A stretch of 63,957 nucleotides of DNA, filler included, from Choristocarpus tenellus KU-1152 (Eukaryota; Protista; Phaeophyceae), in the NCBI GenBank assembly GCA_964200185.2. It is 11 parts of 11 records of this genome, joined end to end, with 100 filler letters (N's around TTAATTAATTAA, not from the genome) between each part and the next. Parts side by side here need not be neighbours in the genome. Positions count along the whole stretch, not along the records: positions 1 to 3,364 come from CAXNAD020020519.1; positions 3,465 to 7,916 come from CAXNAD020014483.1; positions 8,017 to 33,748 come from CAXNAD020000179.1; 8 more parts are not named here. One strand, 5' to 3'. A model generated the notes under the pieces. It saw only the letters and a program-made list of their open reading frames with translations. It had not been told where the DNA came from and did no database searches. Below, one piece after another: positions 1-14,300 of the stretch. Position numbers and translations under genes: made by a program. Each line of letters begins with the position of its first letter. Positions within the stretch are counted from its first letter, which is position 1.

Positions 1-344
1 GTGTGAAATATTAGTGGAGTCTATCCATGGTGTGAACAAAGTCCCCTCCATTTGTTCTTGCTACCCCTGGCATGTCTCCTTTTGTCCTACATGCTAATAC
101 AGTGGGGGTAGTTTGTTCTTCCTTCCATCATTTTCGACAATCTCCCCCTCTGTCTACAATCTGTGCTCTACTTCTACACCATTGATCTACTAACTGGTCC
201 TCCCAATGTGAATCCGTTACTAGATTGATTCTTACTTCTTAGTCTGCTTTCTGCCCACCTCTCATCTTAATTCTACCTTTTAACTCCTTGTTAATCCTGC
301 AATATTTGTCCCTCCAATAATTCTTCTTTGTCACCAATGAATGC

Positions 345-727
345 ATGGGCGCATTGCAACAGGCCTCTCAGACTTGCCTATTGCCCCACATCATTCCACC
401 TTTTTCGTCTCTAGTGGACAGGTGGATTGTAAAGGAGCCCTTCAGACTGACACATTACCTACATCCTTTCACTTGTTAAATCATTATTAGACAGGACATT
501 GCAGTTGGCTTCTTTCTTTGTTCTCCCCTGGTGAACAGACACATTGCAAAACGAATTTCAGACTGGCGTATTGTCCACATCCTTTCATTTCCACGCCCCT
601 TAAAGATAGGCACACTGCAAATCGGTCTTTCAGATCGGTGCGTTATTCGCATCCATTCACTTTTATTCGCCCCTAGTGGACAGGGGCATTCCACAAACAC
701 CCTTCGGACTGACGAAATATCCACATC
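345..727. repeat. Degenerate tandem array of about 72-nt units (about 5 copies)
   Basis: Recurrent ttgca....ttcagact....attg.ccacatc and c.ctagtggacag motifs at about 355, 445, 545, 615 and 690. Confidence 0.6.
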
Positions 728-2316
728 TTTGCGCTTCCTGTAGCCATGGTGGACGCACAGTTTACATCAAACAGGCCTTTAACCTAACCAACCAACCCAA
801 CAATATTGCCCGTATCCCCCGTTTCTTATACTATCTTATATTTCATATGCATTAACCTTTGTGGGGTGAGAGGGCATTTTGTTTAATAATTCCTTTAGGC
901 TACTGCCGACTTTCTATTGTCAGAATGGGGACAGTGTAGGGAGGGATGATGCGATTGGGGAACTGGGGGGGACTGACCTGAGGGGGAAAGAAGAGGGGAA
1001 GCTTCTCCAGTTAGTAGGCTCCGTGCTCCAGTAGCCCTAGGAGGAAAAAGTAGTGGGGGTTATGTGTCTGGGTAAGCCCGTTGGCACACGAGGTGGAGAA
1101 TATCGGCCACTAAGTAGCCAGGCCCATGAGCAGCAAGGTGGAGGACATAGAGGAGGGCTGCGTGGTCTGTGCCCATGGAAGAAGAGGAAGAGCTAATTAG
1201 GTAGCAGTCACGGTCCTTCAGCTGTACCAGGAGGAGGAATAGCACAGGGGGGAGGGATGCCTGGGTAGAAGGGGTGAGGTATGCTATGGGGGATCTGCGC
1301 ATCCCTACGCGAAGTTTAATGATAAACCAAAATACATACATCTGTAGCTGTAGGATCTATGTCAAGGTTTGACTTAAAATTGTCCAACAGGGTTATTCAA
1401 ATTTGAAATAAAAGAATCACAGAAGGCCCCTGTCAGATAGTATCAAGACAAATCATAGTCTTAGCCAACCATGCACTCAATCATATTATCTAAACATCAT
1501 TGGAGTTCAAGTGGAAGGGAAAGGAAGTGGTTGTCCGACAACAGTTATACCCACCAATCGGTCTGTGTCGCCGGCAAGTACTCATAATTTCTTCCGTCAC
1601 AATCCTATAGTGTTGATTTCACGAGGTCACCCTTCACATGTACGTGTATGTACACGGTATGAGTTTTTCGTTACCTACAAGTGTGCTTGCGGGCGCTCGA
1701 GCAGCAGTTTTTTCTCGCACACGTCAACGACACAAGTACTATTTGGTGAGTGAATTGTTTGAATCCCTACTTTCTTACACATTATCGTGTGCTTAAACCC
1801 ACCCTGAAGGGTCCCCAGCATGCATAAGAACCACCATTATAGTTCTTTCGCACAGTGTAAGTGTATCCAAATGTAATATATATTCCCTTGAAAGATGAGG
1901 CACCGTTGCCACAAACAACATAACATGTTGAGGCGCATAGTTAAGGGAGGATATAGGTCGCCCTTGTAACAGAGACAATTGTTGTGTTCTTATCGATATT
2001 CCCAATAGTCTGGGAAAAAAAAAAAATCCCCACGTTGGGAGGAGCTAATAACATCAAACTTGGGAAAAGTGTGAAACAGGTGGAAACAAGCCGACAGGAT
2101 CTTCGAAAAGAAGGGGAGCGGGAAGACCCACAGGAGCACAGATCAAATAGAGACAAAGTCAAAGAGGGAGAGCAATCCCTCAGAAGATCTCTCCGGCAAA
2201 GAGTGAACAAGTGGAAAAGTGAAGGCGGGGGGATTTGAAAGGGCACTCCAAACCACCCAATCTTACTTCAAGCAGATGTTACCTTCAACATGCAAAAAAA
2301 AATGTCACATGAATAT

Positions 2317-2395
2317 CATGATGTTCAAGATAGGTCACCTTCAGGGTATACCTTATACATGATGTTCAAGATAGGTTACCTTCAGGGTATACCTT
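2317..2395. repeat. Tandem duplication of about 41 bp
   Basis: catgatgttcaagataggt.accttcagggtatacctt occurs twice. Confidence 0.85.
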
Positions 2396-3316
2396 CTGTG
2401 AAATATGGCTCTCACAAAAGGTGAATTTAAAACCGATAAATTATTCAGCGTCTACAAACAGATGGGTATCACCTCCTCCTTGGAGAATGGAAGTCCCTGT
2501 ACCATTAACCGCAATGTTCTGTATGGATTTGGTATTCCATGTGGAGGCATCCTCAAATTCAGTCTGCCCCTTACCAGGAAAAGGTTGACCTCTGGATGTG
2601 GCCTTTTCTAAGGTTCAAGCAGACTGCCACCTTCAACAATTCATCATCAAACAATGCTATCACTGCTGTTGCCGAGGCCCAGAAGTACACAACAGCAGAG
2701 CAATTTCTAAATGAGCTGGCGACTTATGTTGTGGGTGGTAGGGGGATGAAGGGCTTCAGTCAGAAGGGAGCTGTGAAGGCATGCCTGACACAGATTGTGC
2801 CAGTAACTGATCAAATTGTAATCTCTACATGTCTCATGGTGTTTCATACTGGAGACATCAGGTCAATGAGTTACAAAGAGGGGCTTGGCTGACTCATGAG
2901 ATTCTTCCCCTGATTCATGACCGCCTGCAGAATGTCAGTCTAGGAGTAGTTTCGGCTATGTGCTAGTTGTTTTATCAGCTAGCTATCACAGCTTCCTTAA
3001 CTGCTACACTTTATCGCGAAGTGCAAGAAGATATTGAAGAAGGTCGGAGCAAGAACACACTCCTGTCGAAGGGCGTATTCAACCTCGAAGGAGTCTGTGC
3101 ACTCGCCATCATCAGTGGGAACACATGGTCATATCTCATAATGGAATTGACGGGCGTGACACTGATCTTGTTCAGAGGTATGCCAAATTCGGCGAGCATG
3201 ACCCGCAAACATAGCCATTGACAAAGTCATTATTAAAACATAGGCTATTTATTTGCTTTTTTCTTGATACGATACAGTGGCACCAGTCCATATTGATTGT
3301 TGATTGGTCCGCTGTA

Positions 3317-3364
3317 GGCTCAAAGTATCTGGGGGGGGGGGGGGGGCGGGGCAGATGGAGGGAG
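3317..3364 (+). mobile_element. MITE family A left terminus at contig end
   Basis: ggctcaaagtatct followed by poly-G, then the spacer. Confidence 0.7.
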
Positions 3365-3464
3365 NNNNNNNNNNNNNNNNNNNNNNNNNNNNNNNNNNNN
3401 NNNNNNNNTTAATTAATTAANNNNNNNNNNNNNNNNNNNNNNNNNNNNNNNNNNNNNNNNNNNN
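3365..3464. other. Artificial contig spacer (N44-TTAATTAATTAA-N44); identical spacers at 7917-8016, 33749-33848, 36920-37019, 39957-40056, 45925-46024, 48881-48980, 53444-53543, 58329-58428, 61352-61451
   Basis: Ten identical 100-nt blocks. The palindromic 12-mer places a stop codon in all six frames. Confidence 0.98.
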
Positions 3465-4182
3465 AGCATACCTGACGACATGTGCATCAGGAGTCCTATA
3501 CGTACATCAGTATCATCTATTGGCCCGTAGATTGGAGCTATACATCCTGTGGAGGTAAGCTTTGAGGGGCGCCTGTAACATTGGTCCTTGCCATACAGTT
3601 TTGGTTTCGTTTTTTTCCCTCCCCTCGCACATCATGAAGAACGTCATGGAGGGATAATATAAATATATTTTGATACCTTCCTTTGAGGGAGGAGATCCCA
3701 GGTCTGTACTCGAAAACGAGATAGTGAATAATATAATTGGGGATTGAGATACGTACAAGATGGTGGAATACATTTTGTAATGTGAAATATGAGGTCCATG
3801 TAACGAAGTCTCCGTTACTTTCTGACATGAAGGGGAAGGTTGTTAAGTTGTATGAAAGGCATGAAATGGTCTATACTACGAAAACTTGAAATAAAAAATA
3901 AAAATAGGAATTACTAAAAAGAAAATATATATAGAATGACGTAAAGTGTCATTAGCTCATAACTGAAGAAATAAGATTTTGATTTCTAATATAGAATCCC
4001 ATTCATTAGTTCCATCAATGATCGGGGATTACCTGTGTTCTAGTCAAACGGTGTAGTGCCCATGGACTCAATCTTGGTTATGTGGGGTAGAATATGGAAA
4101 CTTGGTTTGTCCTACCTACAGCAGTTAAAATTTTAGGTGTAGACTGAGCTTTCAGTAAATCTTGACAACTGTACACCGCGGG

Positions 4183-7156
4183 ATGAACAGTGAAGATCTG
4201 GAGATATCATGGAAGCCTGGCACAATATGCTTGGCAGTATTGTGCTCGGTGGTTTCAGCCTATTCCGCCGTGTCCATCCTCGACAATGCCAGGTAATACA
4301 AAATATTGGTGCAAACAATCTCGTTCTTCTCAAAACTAGAGTTGAATGTAGCCTCTTCATGAAGTGAGATTCGCCAACTCCTGCTCGTGAGACTACGAAT
4401 GTGATTAAGTCCCAGGTCGAAATGCAAGTGACTCTCATAGTATTGGTGAGAATTTCGGATGGTGTGCACGGCAGTCTAGACTAAACTAATTCCATTATAT
4501 TGCGACGGCAAGGTGGACAGCTCGCAAGCATGAGAGCCATACTGTGATCTACCTTCGTAAGACCAACTCAGCTGCTGCAGTTGTCTTGGGTTGTGGAGGG
4601 GTCTGGAGCATGCATCAGGTTGGCAACATGGCCTTCGTCCTGGAGGACGTTGATATCGAAACCAATGTCCTCCTAACGCTCTTGTCGATATTGGCTATCG
4701 TGGCCTTCACTCACAAAGCTTTCTCCATCGCTGGGGCCGATGTGTTTGCTGGGTCTGATCGACTGGAGGTAGGGAACTCTGTGTTGTACGAAGGGCAATT
4801 GTTTTGTTTCAGTACCAAAACACAAATCCAGGTAGAGAAGGTGTGAGAGGTGAAAATTGCATGTGCAGTAAAGGCACCCGTATTTATGGCGAACAGGAAT
4901 AGCAGCAAGTAGAAGAGACGTTTCCTCTATGTCGCCGAGTACTGATGCTATCTTTCCTTATCATACGCATCTCGTTACTATTCCATCTCGTTTCCTGCTG
5001 GACAAACAGGTACTCCGTTCAATACTCCTAGACAAGTACACCCTCCATGAACTCAAGTTGCAACCTACGATAGGAAGTCGGGTTGCTTTCTTCTGGAGGC
5101 TTCAACACATCTGTTTGGCTGCAGTGGTAATGGCTGTCGGTGTGGCGACCATGCACTTTGCAGGCATGTTCGCACTTAACGGAGCATTCCATGTAAGGTG
5201 ATGCTAAGCTAGGCGTTGCCTCAACCTACAACATATCATTGATTACCCCCTAAATCAAATTGTAGATATATCCTTGTTGTGTGTAGTTCAAGTAGATCTC
5301 TTCACAGTACATCTGCCTTTTCCTTCTAATAGGTTTGCGGCAGGGAGATGCCCACCTGACTCATGCTACGCCTACAAGTGCCTCGATATATTTCCTTCAT
5401 ATTGCAAGAAGCTTGTGATTTGGTTCAAAGTATCTGGGGGGCGTGGCGGCTGTCCATTTGGGGTCAATTTTTTCATGTCGCAATTTTCGGGTGATTTGGT
5501 TGCATACGTTGAATGGATAATGTGAGTGCACTTTTCTTGGTTTGGGCCAAATGGATACCCTGGTGTAGACCGCCCGCCCCCCCGAGATACTTTGGGTCAT
5601 TATCATCACTGGGGCATAGATTTCCAGGGTGGTTCCAGAAGAATGACCACATATCAAGGGCACCTTAAACAACATTGATTTAGAAGGGAAATATGTTCCT
5701 TGAATCAGAGGTCTTCGGTAAATGCTGAGCTTAGTATTTTGATGTGATTTCCTCGGGCTAAGTTACAGAATGAACACACTTCACCCTTTGCACTAGCTCT
5801 ACCGAGGTCATAGAATGTTCTCTCTTCTGGTTTCGAGTTTTTCAGGAACTATGGTATTTTATTGGTAAGAACAAAGTCGATTGTTCTGACTCAAAGAATG
5901 ACAAGAAATAGATGTTTTGATAAATATATCATATTCAGTGTCCCTCATTATAGCACAAACTATCCAAAACTGCTTGCTCAAGCTTGGACAGAAATCTGTG
6001 GGCATCTTTTCCGGACAGATTATTTTAGTTCTAGGCCAACCTAGTCTGTAGTACTTTCACAAAACTCTTATTTGAAATACACAAGTTCACTACCCATACC
6101 ACCCTCATATCACACAATATCTGCCCATTACTGAATCACCTGCTTGGAAGGTTGTCTATCTGGCGAGTTTTCCTAGTGGTTGTCGCAGCAATCATAGTGT
6201 GCTTTGTGGGCCTGTGGATCCTCTTCCGCCTACTGCTTTGGAGACCTACCAAGGAGATATATCGTCCAGTGGCTGGATTGATCATAGGGATGGCAGTTTG
6301 CTGTGTACACTTTTTTGGCATGCACTCTGCCACTTACACAAGAAAAGGCACGGATGAATCACCATTGCCGCTAGGTTCCATATCAGTCAAACTGACCAAG
6401 GGGGAATACCTGCCTTTCATTATTTTTTTCGTCATGTCACTAGCTCTCCTTACTCATGCTGGAATCGCAACCCAGGTGAGCATATAATATATTTACTTCC
6501 CAATCACAAGGTTGAAGTCGTGATGTGGTTTTGCCTTTGTGCAACAATCATCCACATCCCCCTCATCCTCTTATGTTGTACATCATTTTCTTTTCTATTA
6601 ATTATATTATGCTACTCCAGTACTACATTATTCTGCATTACGAGACTCTCCATCCTCCCCACTTCTGTTTCTCCTCTATGTGCACAAATAATGCTCTTTC
6701 CATCTCAGCTCAGAAAGGCTTACAGGAAACTTGAGGATACAAAGCTGGGGATAAACATATTCAGCGATCGCCTGTTCAATGGCAGGTCAGAGTGGTGCTT
6801 CTCTTGTGAACAGGCAGTAGTTCCCACACCAATGAAGGCTTAATGTATGAAGTACTTCTAAAGATTTCTCATTATCAACTAGTCATAACCACATTTGAGG
6901 GAACAGGGTGTACACTGAAGACTTTCAACAAACCCTACTTTCTTATGCCTTCTGCTACATCCCCTCTTGGGCGTTCTTATCTTCTAGTTCTGCAATATCC
7001 TCTTCGGAATCTGCTTTACGGCGTCAACAGCAGCAAGATACTTCGGATGTAGTATCACTGCAAGAGAGCAAGGATGGGATGCACGAACCGATACACAAAA
7101 TGGGAATAAGGTGTAACAAAATTATTGCTCAGCCTGATGAACAAGGCGATATATAG
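4183..7156 (+). CDS. MHYT-domain integral membrane sensor protein, no recognisable output domain. Exons 4183-4292, 4513-4768, 5010-5197, 6151-6475, 6709-6785, 6907-7156
   Basis: Phase-compatible GT-AG splicing gives MNSEDLEISWKPGTICLAVLCSVVSAYSAVSILD, then three MHYT-type repeats (GGVWSMHQVGNMAF; VGVATMHFAGMFAL; MAVCCVHFFGMHSATY) separated by hydrophobic helices. The last two exons are less certain. Confidence 0.85.
5422..5598 (+). mobile_element. MITE family A, full copy in intron 3 of the MHYT gene
   Basis: TIRs ggttcaaagtatctgggggg ... cccccgagatactttgggtc; the internal sequence is homologous to 45220-45453 and 58429-58567. Confidence 0.85.
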
Positions 7157-8339
7157 AGTCAGTGTGAATGAGAGGTACCTAGAGTTGCAGTTTAAGGATC
7201 TTAACAGTTATGTGCAAAATTTGAGTTTTTTTCAAAGTGTGTAAGATTTTTTTCTGAATTTTGTTTTGGAGTTTCAAACACAACAGAGAAATCAACACTC
7301 TCAAGTCAAACTGAGCACTTCATCTAGAGAAATTATGGATGAATATAAAAACAAATCCTCAAAAATGCAAAACCTGGGTACCCCTCGTTTACTTTGGCTC
7401 ATGGTTTGTTGGATCAACTGGAGACCTCGCACGTTGTATATTGAAATAGAAACTGTTGCTGAGTGGCATTACTGAGGAGGGCTCCTTGAGAAACCTTGGG
7501 TTACCCTCTTGCCATTTAGGTGAAACGTACACTCCACTGTGGTGGTGAACCTGTTCTTCTCTGAGAACTGGGATTGGGACAGTTCTGTATCAAGGTTGTG
7601 ATTGTCAAGTAGTATTAACTGTGTACAGTGATATCGTGTTGTTCATTCTCAATGGTTTTGTTGTTGTTATGGCCATATTTTGCAAGATGTTGGGTTTAAA
7701 ATTAGGTTTAAGGTAGTGGTTGGGTTGGTTTGGGTGGCATAGGGTACATTAGCTGAATGGCTGACTGGTTGACTAACTCCAAAGTGATTCCACTGCTGTA
7801 CGGTAGGGTAGGATGCCTGTACTGGGTGGCTGCCTACTTACTGGCCGACTACCTGGTTGACTCTCCGTGGGTGAAGTCCCAACGCTGACATCTCTGTGAG
7901 CGTGTGCTACACCCATNNNNNNNNNNNNNNNNNNNNNNNNNNNNNNNNNNNNNNNNNNNNTTAATTAATTAANNNNNNNNNNNNNNNNNNNNNNNNNNNN
8001 NNNNNNNNNNNNNNNNGTAGCTAACGTGCATGCTTCATGATCAGGGGGGGGGGGATGAGGAGGGTGGGCGGTGTTTTTCGAAGGCTGTGATCAAGGTGTT
8101 GCTCTTGTGGTTGTGCTTGGGCATTCAAATCGGAGACAGGGCCTTGCCAAATATATTTTCATTTTTAAACTAGATACATCAATAATACAATATGCCAGTT
8201 TTCACAGTATTGTATACTCAATCAAACTTAGCTCATTTTCAGAAAAATTGAAGAAAATTACCCTGCCATTGTATTTCACTTAGACAAGGAGTATAGCAGG
8301 CATGGAGTTTGGTCCATGAGAAAAAATTGGCACTAGATT

Positions 8340-11300
8340 ACCTGCAAGAAGAGGGCATTACTTTTGGGGTCAGTGCTATCCTCCATTATCACGACTAGTG
8401 GATTGACCAGGGTGGCTTTGACAGTCAAAGGCTTCCTCCTGCATCCTGCAACTTGAAGGTAGCCCTCAAAGACCCTGAGCAGAGTGCACAAGAATTTGAG
8501 TGGCATTGATTTTGGTGTATTCTGCTTGCAACAATTATGTGCACTATGTTGTGTTGTGATCAAAGCGATCCCTAGCTGCAATGTGCAAACTTCTTAGGTG
8601 GAGTTAAAATTAGCACACCCAATAGTGCATACTTTTACCAACCTTTGAAGTGGAAGGATGCTTTATTTCGTGCATGTGATGTAGTGTATTATGGGTGAAT
8701 ATTGAAAGAACTCTATGGTCTTCTGACAATGTTTGAGCAATTGAAATGACTACAAACCAATGGCAAGGTGACAAGTAATAGAAGTCATTCACAGCATGCA
8801 AGGAGAGTAAGTACAATGTGAGGTCCGGTGGGCAAGAAGACACAACATAATTGGGAAAGGAAGCAGTCTAGTGACTCGGGTTACGGGTTATGCCTAGTCA
8901 CAAGCAACGAAGCAGAATTCTTGCCTGAACAGTGATGTAAATGACCAAGGGAAATGACCAAGGAGGACTATTGACTGTCTCTAGTATTCAAGGCATTAGA
9001 AGTCACATGCTTCAAAGAAAAAGAAAAGCAACATAATTCCCTCACCCATTTTCTTGAAGGGCGGCGAGGTCATGCACATTGAGACTGCCACTTGAATTCG
9101 TCTCGTGTGGTGTTAAGGATGCAGCATAATCTCCACCTGCAGAAGAGCTGATTGCGGAGTTTCCCTAGTGATTCAGAAGATAGCAGCACAATGCCGGAGA
9201 TCAGAAACTACACCAATGCTCACGCCCAAAAATGGAATATCAAGTTAAGGGGATGTTCCACAATGCCCTTACCCACGCCTTCCCCTAACACAGTTCATCA
9301 CAATGAGTGTAGAAGTCCTTACCTTGTGCCTTTCAGGACCTAACAATGGGGATCAAGAACTCTGTGTGCCTTAGAGTTTATCACACTTGATAATGGCACT
9401 TATACCTAAGCTCTATTCCTCATACATAACACAAGCAATTGTCGGATCACATTTGTGCAGTTGTACCTATCTTGACACTTTGACCTTCTCTACCAGATAT
9501 AGAACCCTCAAATACCAAAACCGTAACCTTGGCGATCCATCTATGTCACTGCATTTGCACAATTTCCAGCCCTGCCTGAGGAGGTTTAATCATCACGTAT
9601 CCAGAGATATCATGTAGCAGATCTGCTTGCCACAAAAGAACAAAAACCTAAACCTATGATTGGTCATTGTATAACTTGACTATGCTACCACTTTATCAAT
9701 GGTGCATGATAGCAATTTTCTAACATTGTACTTCCCAATCTCATCCAAGGGCCAGAGTGGAATCCAGTCATAGAGTCCCAATTCCATCCTGCCACAGGTA
9801 TGAGGTCAGGACATATCTACCAACCGTCAGGCTGACATAAGATCTATTCTCTCAACAAAACAGAACCTCCTCAGTTGGTGATGAATGCCCAAACCCAAAT
9901 AATAATCACTTCTACCCTTTAGGAAATACATGATAAAAATGCGATGTTGTTGGCTAGAAAGCAAGACCCATCAGATTGAAACAATTCCAGGTGGACATTT
10001 GTTACAGAGCGGTTATGGCAAAAAAATTGTTGAACTTGAGAGTTTCAAGTCTGAAATCTGCCACAGGCAACAGGAATTGAAAGCTCAGAAGTAACACACA
10101 GGGTTTTTAAAAGTATCAATTTTCTTCTTCACAGAGTAAGCACTGCTGAATGCACATAGTTGAGTCTCGGTACCTGGCTAGAGATGAGTCTCAACCCAGT
10201 CAAGCCACGACTAATGATGGGCCTGCTTACAAGGCTGTGATCCCTGCACCCATCCCTGTCCTGTGGAGCTGGACTTCAACTAGACTTATCTGAATAGAAT
10301 ATATATGCGTACTTGATTCTAAGGGAAAGAAAACCTCTACCACCTTGACACACATCAAAATAAGCAACTTGGGGCTTGATGAAACCCTATGACATGCCAG
10401 TTCTCCTGGACAAATGTTCGAGGAAGTCCAAAACCATGAGTGATATCATTTTACCCAGTCTCAGCGAGAGCTGGAAAGTAAGAAAATATTAAGGAGCCTG
10501 AGTGCTGATTTTCATCGAGACCAGGTTGGTGGCAGACTTGACTCTCCATATTCCCAGAATAGAAATCAGGCAGACATATGTTGTCGAAATGTGGTCCCAA
10601 AAGAACAAGTTGGATACAGGAGCTGCACCCATAAAGGTGGGCTCAGTACTGGTTATGGTTTGGGTGGACAAAAGCTGAGCAGCAGGCACCCAAATAGGGC
10701 TACAAGCACTCAACTGCCTGCTACTTGCCATGTGTGATACATAAACAAACAATCCTCCTGGGGTACATAAGAACAGGTACGGCTTTAGTTTCTTCCTGTA
10801 CTAAGGAAAATTAACAATATTGTAGCAAGGGGGGGTATCAAAGGAGGTAAGGTACACACTATTTTTCATAAATAGCTTAGAAAAACCAAACCTATACCAA
10901 ATACGTTTTACACCTAGTGCCTCTCCAGCCCCCTAATCCAAACCAAGATAATGAATATTCTACTTTGACCAACGAGCTGTACTTGTCTTGTACAAAGAAT
11001 GTGGATATCTCAAGTTGAACATACCATATCTCTCAATAGTTCATCAATTTACATCACCTTCCATCCCCTCTTGGTCCGAATATTGCCGGAGGATTCCTTA
11101 GCAATTCGATGATGGTCCTTCTTGTTACTCTCCACTCCCTTAGCCTCAAGGAAGTTTAGCAGATGGTGGAGTGTGGAGGGCACCAATAAAACCTCAAGGT
11201 GGTTAACAACCACCTACCGAATAAGGATAGATTGACAAAGGACAGGATAAAAGGAGATGTTAGACTTACCCGTGCGAGCATGTGTTAAGTACTCCGGAGT

Positions 11301-14300
11301 AGTACAAATCTGTGAGGGCTGTCCAAGCTAGGCCAGATCTCAACAGGTTCCGGTGACAACAGGTTGTGCCATGGTGAGATAGCAAGGTAGGTGAATCAGA
11401 GAGGTGTAAATGAAAAGGGTCCCCCTTCTTGGTAAGTCCTTTATCACGGCCCCAAAACTATAGAAAGTGGCCAGGTCACTTTTGTTAGCTTTTGCCACAG
11501 AATTATGCAAGTGGTTATAGAATTCACGGATCCTCAAGCTCCACACGCTTCCCCTAACGTTTTTGAGAGTTGTAATGAGGGTCGTATGTTACTGAGAAAT
11601 CTGTCATATGCTTTTTGCACTTGTGTGAAAGGAGATTAGGTAAGAAACAGTTGATGGAAAAGAAAAATATAGAGCTTTGAAGGATACGGGATAAGCGTGG
11701 GTTGATGAATTAGAGAAAATAATTCACCGATAGGAAATGTTGCAACTAATGGGTGACAAGTACTTGGTGATTAACGGATTGATGGCAATGAATAATTGTG
11801 GCAAGGGAGCACCCTCTCTGGAGATGAGGATGAATTTGTTCTACTTCTTCATATTAGTCCTTCCATTCTAGTTAGGAAGTAATCAACATATTAATATACA
11901 CAAGTCTTGGGAAACAATAGCTTGCTTAACAAGTTACAATCCAAGGCTAAGGTCGATTGACTGAGAATTTCTCAAGAACTCTCCTAGCCAAGCATTTCAT
12001 TATTGCTGCATGCCCAGATTGCTCATGTACCTCACAATATGAACTCAAGGGTCACATACCCCTTATCATCCATACTCTCTAGTTGCCCCAGCATGGTACG
12101 ACACCAAAAATGTGATAAAGAACGACCCATCGAGTTGTGGTGTGTTCATTGATCACAAGTCTTCCCAACGAGATGCTTAACCTTAGATGCAGATTAAGAA
12201 TTTTTTTCATTACTTCAATCCTTGCAATCCCCAAATATATTGTACTTCACAACATACTACATGGCAATGCATTCTTCCACCTTCACCATTACCATGAACC
12301 TTCACAACATCATACACCACACTGCTTGTTTCTTCCCTCAACAGGATGCTGTATGTCCTGATGTCTCACTGAAAGCGATAATATTACAAAGTAGGAGTTA
12401 AGGGACAGACATTATTTTGAGGAACTGGAGCATACACCCCCCAAAAAACACTTGCATCTCAAATATTCTCGATGGTGAACACATACCAGAAATATATGTT
12501 TGTACTTTTTGAACGGGTATGTGACTTTTGTCTTTTCTTAGCATTAACATCATATTTAACAGTGACTGTAATGACAGAGTGCAGTCAGCTTCAGCACATA
12601 TCTTGCTGATGCAGACATACCACATACAAATAAGTAGTCTTTGTCAACCTTGATGTTGAGTGCATTAGTGTGCTGCATGCTACAGAAGAGAGTGTATATG
12701 GAAGGTGTCATACCTGGGCACTGGATTTTCCCCCGGGAGAGAAGTGGTAGCTCACCACTGACATTGGGGATTCCCTCTCCCCATCGTTGTGAGAAGAATC
12801 AGGACCACCTGTGAATTCGTTGAGGAGGTGGAAGAAAATCGAATTAGTCACCCAAGCTCTTGATCACGCGATATTACAACAATCTGTATGGTCTTTGTCA
12901 ATAATCTAATGAATTGCACATCAGACAACGTGTTCAATCCTAGGGTCATACATTATCACGTTCTTTCAAAATGAGAGCATTAGCTACGCCAATAAATAAT
13001 CATTGGTACCTTGAACTTTGAAATATGAAATTGAACTTCAGTTGCTATAGCTTCCCACCAACCTCTCCATAGGCTCATCTCCAAACCCTTATCAAAAGGA
13101 CCTCTTCAGACAATGAGTGATTAAGTAACCAACGGAAAAATCAGAGAACGTATAGCAGCTCTTGCAGACCATCAGAATACACTATCACACTACCCAAGCC
13201 CGTAAAGAGATTGTTTCTTTAATTAAGTGACCCAACAGGGACAAACCAGATGCTTCAAAATAACAGAGCCCTGCCACACATGGTACCAATTGCATCTCCA
13301 TCATTTCTTCAGATCCAACAAGAATATGGTGAACGCATTTCCAAACCTTCATATTCTCACAACCCATTACTTTCAACCTCATCCTGCCACTCAGTATTTT
13401 CTCTGCAACCTCAGCATACGCACCTTGCCTAGTTTAATGAAGAGGAAAGAGTTCCAAATAAGCACAGTAGTTACACCTCTAGCCATCCAGCCTACCTTCC
13501 CACATACACCCAAAGAAAATTGACAAAACTGTGAGTCACAACAGTAAGACAACTATTTGCATTCCAAAGTTCCACCAACTCATACTACTGTGTTCCCTGT
13601 AGTTAAAACAAACTTTCAAACATTCCAGTCCTCCTTCAACAGACCTGGTGAAAGCACATAAGGAAAAGCCAGCCCACTAGTGTTGTCCTTGACTCGAAGA
13701 GACTCCAAGGACATCTCCAATGACCCACAGCGGTCCATTGCACGATCTAAGACAAGTCCCAATTCGCCTGTCTCTACTCTCAGTATGTAGTCAAAGTCGT
13801 CTGTTGGCCAAGCGCAAATAGCCAACCAATACACACAATTTCAGTGGTCCAGAGCAAGGAAATGTATCATGCAAGTGGGAGCAGTTGCAGCAGTAACCCA
13901 ATCCGAAAATAATCATGAGGGGGCAGGGCGGGCATGTGGTGGGCAAGGCACACAATGCTACACATAAATACATGTTAAAAGCATAGGTATCAATCCATTA
14001 AAGTGGAACAAAACACTGCAATGTCTACTACTACGTATCCTTACCATAGTTCAAGAACTAGTCAGGGTGATGAGGTACGGATGCTTAATCATGTTCATTA
14101 TATCTCAAGAGTTACACTAAACAATACTATATATGTTTGCATGTTATGAGTCCAGCACTACTACTTTGATATCCAATTCAAAATATGGAACATATTCACC
14201 CCAGATGTGCTGGAGTAATGTGTAGGAGCTCAATAACTGAATGAGAAAAATGTCTAATGAGGATCGCCTTTCGATAAATTGTGATTTGCTAGGCTCTACT

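Noticed and set aside
2405-3221. Short ORFs in the first contig as a gene
   Set aside because: No recognisable motif or consistent splice model; possibly decayed TE, but this cannot be supported.
3409-3420. Recurring palindrome TTAATTAATTAA as a biological repeat or recombination site
   Set aside because: Always centred in an identical 100-nt N block; it is an artificial six-frame-stop contig linker.
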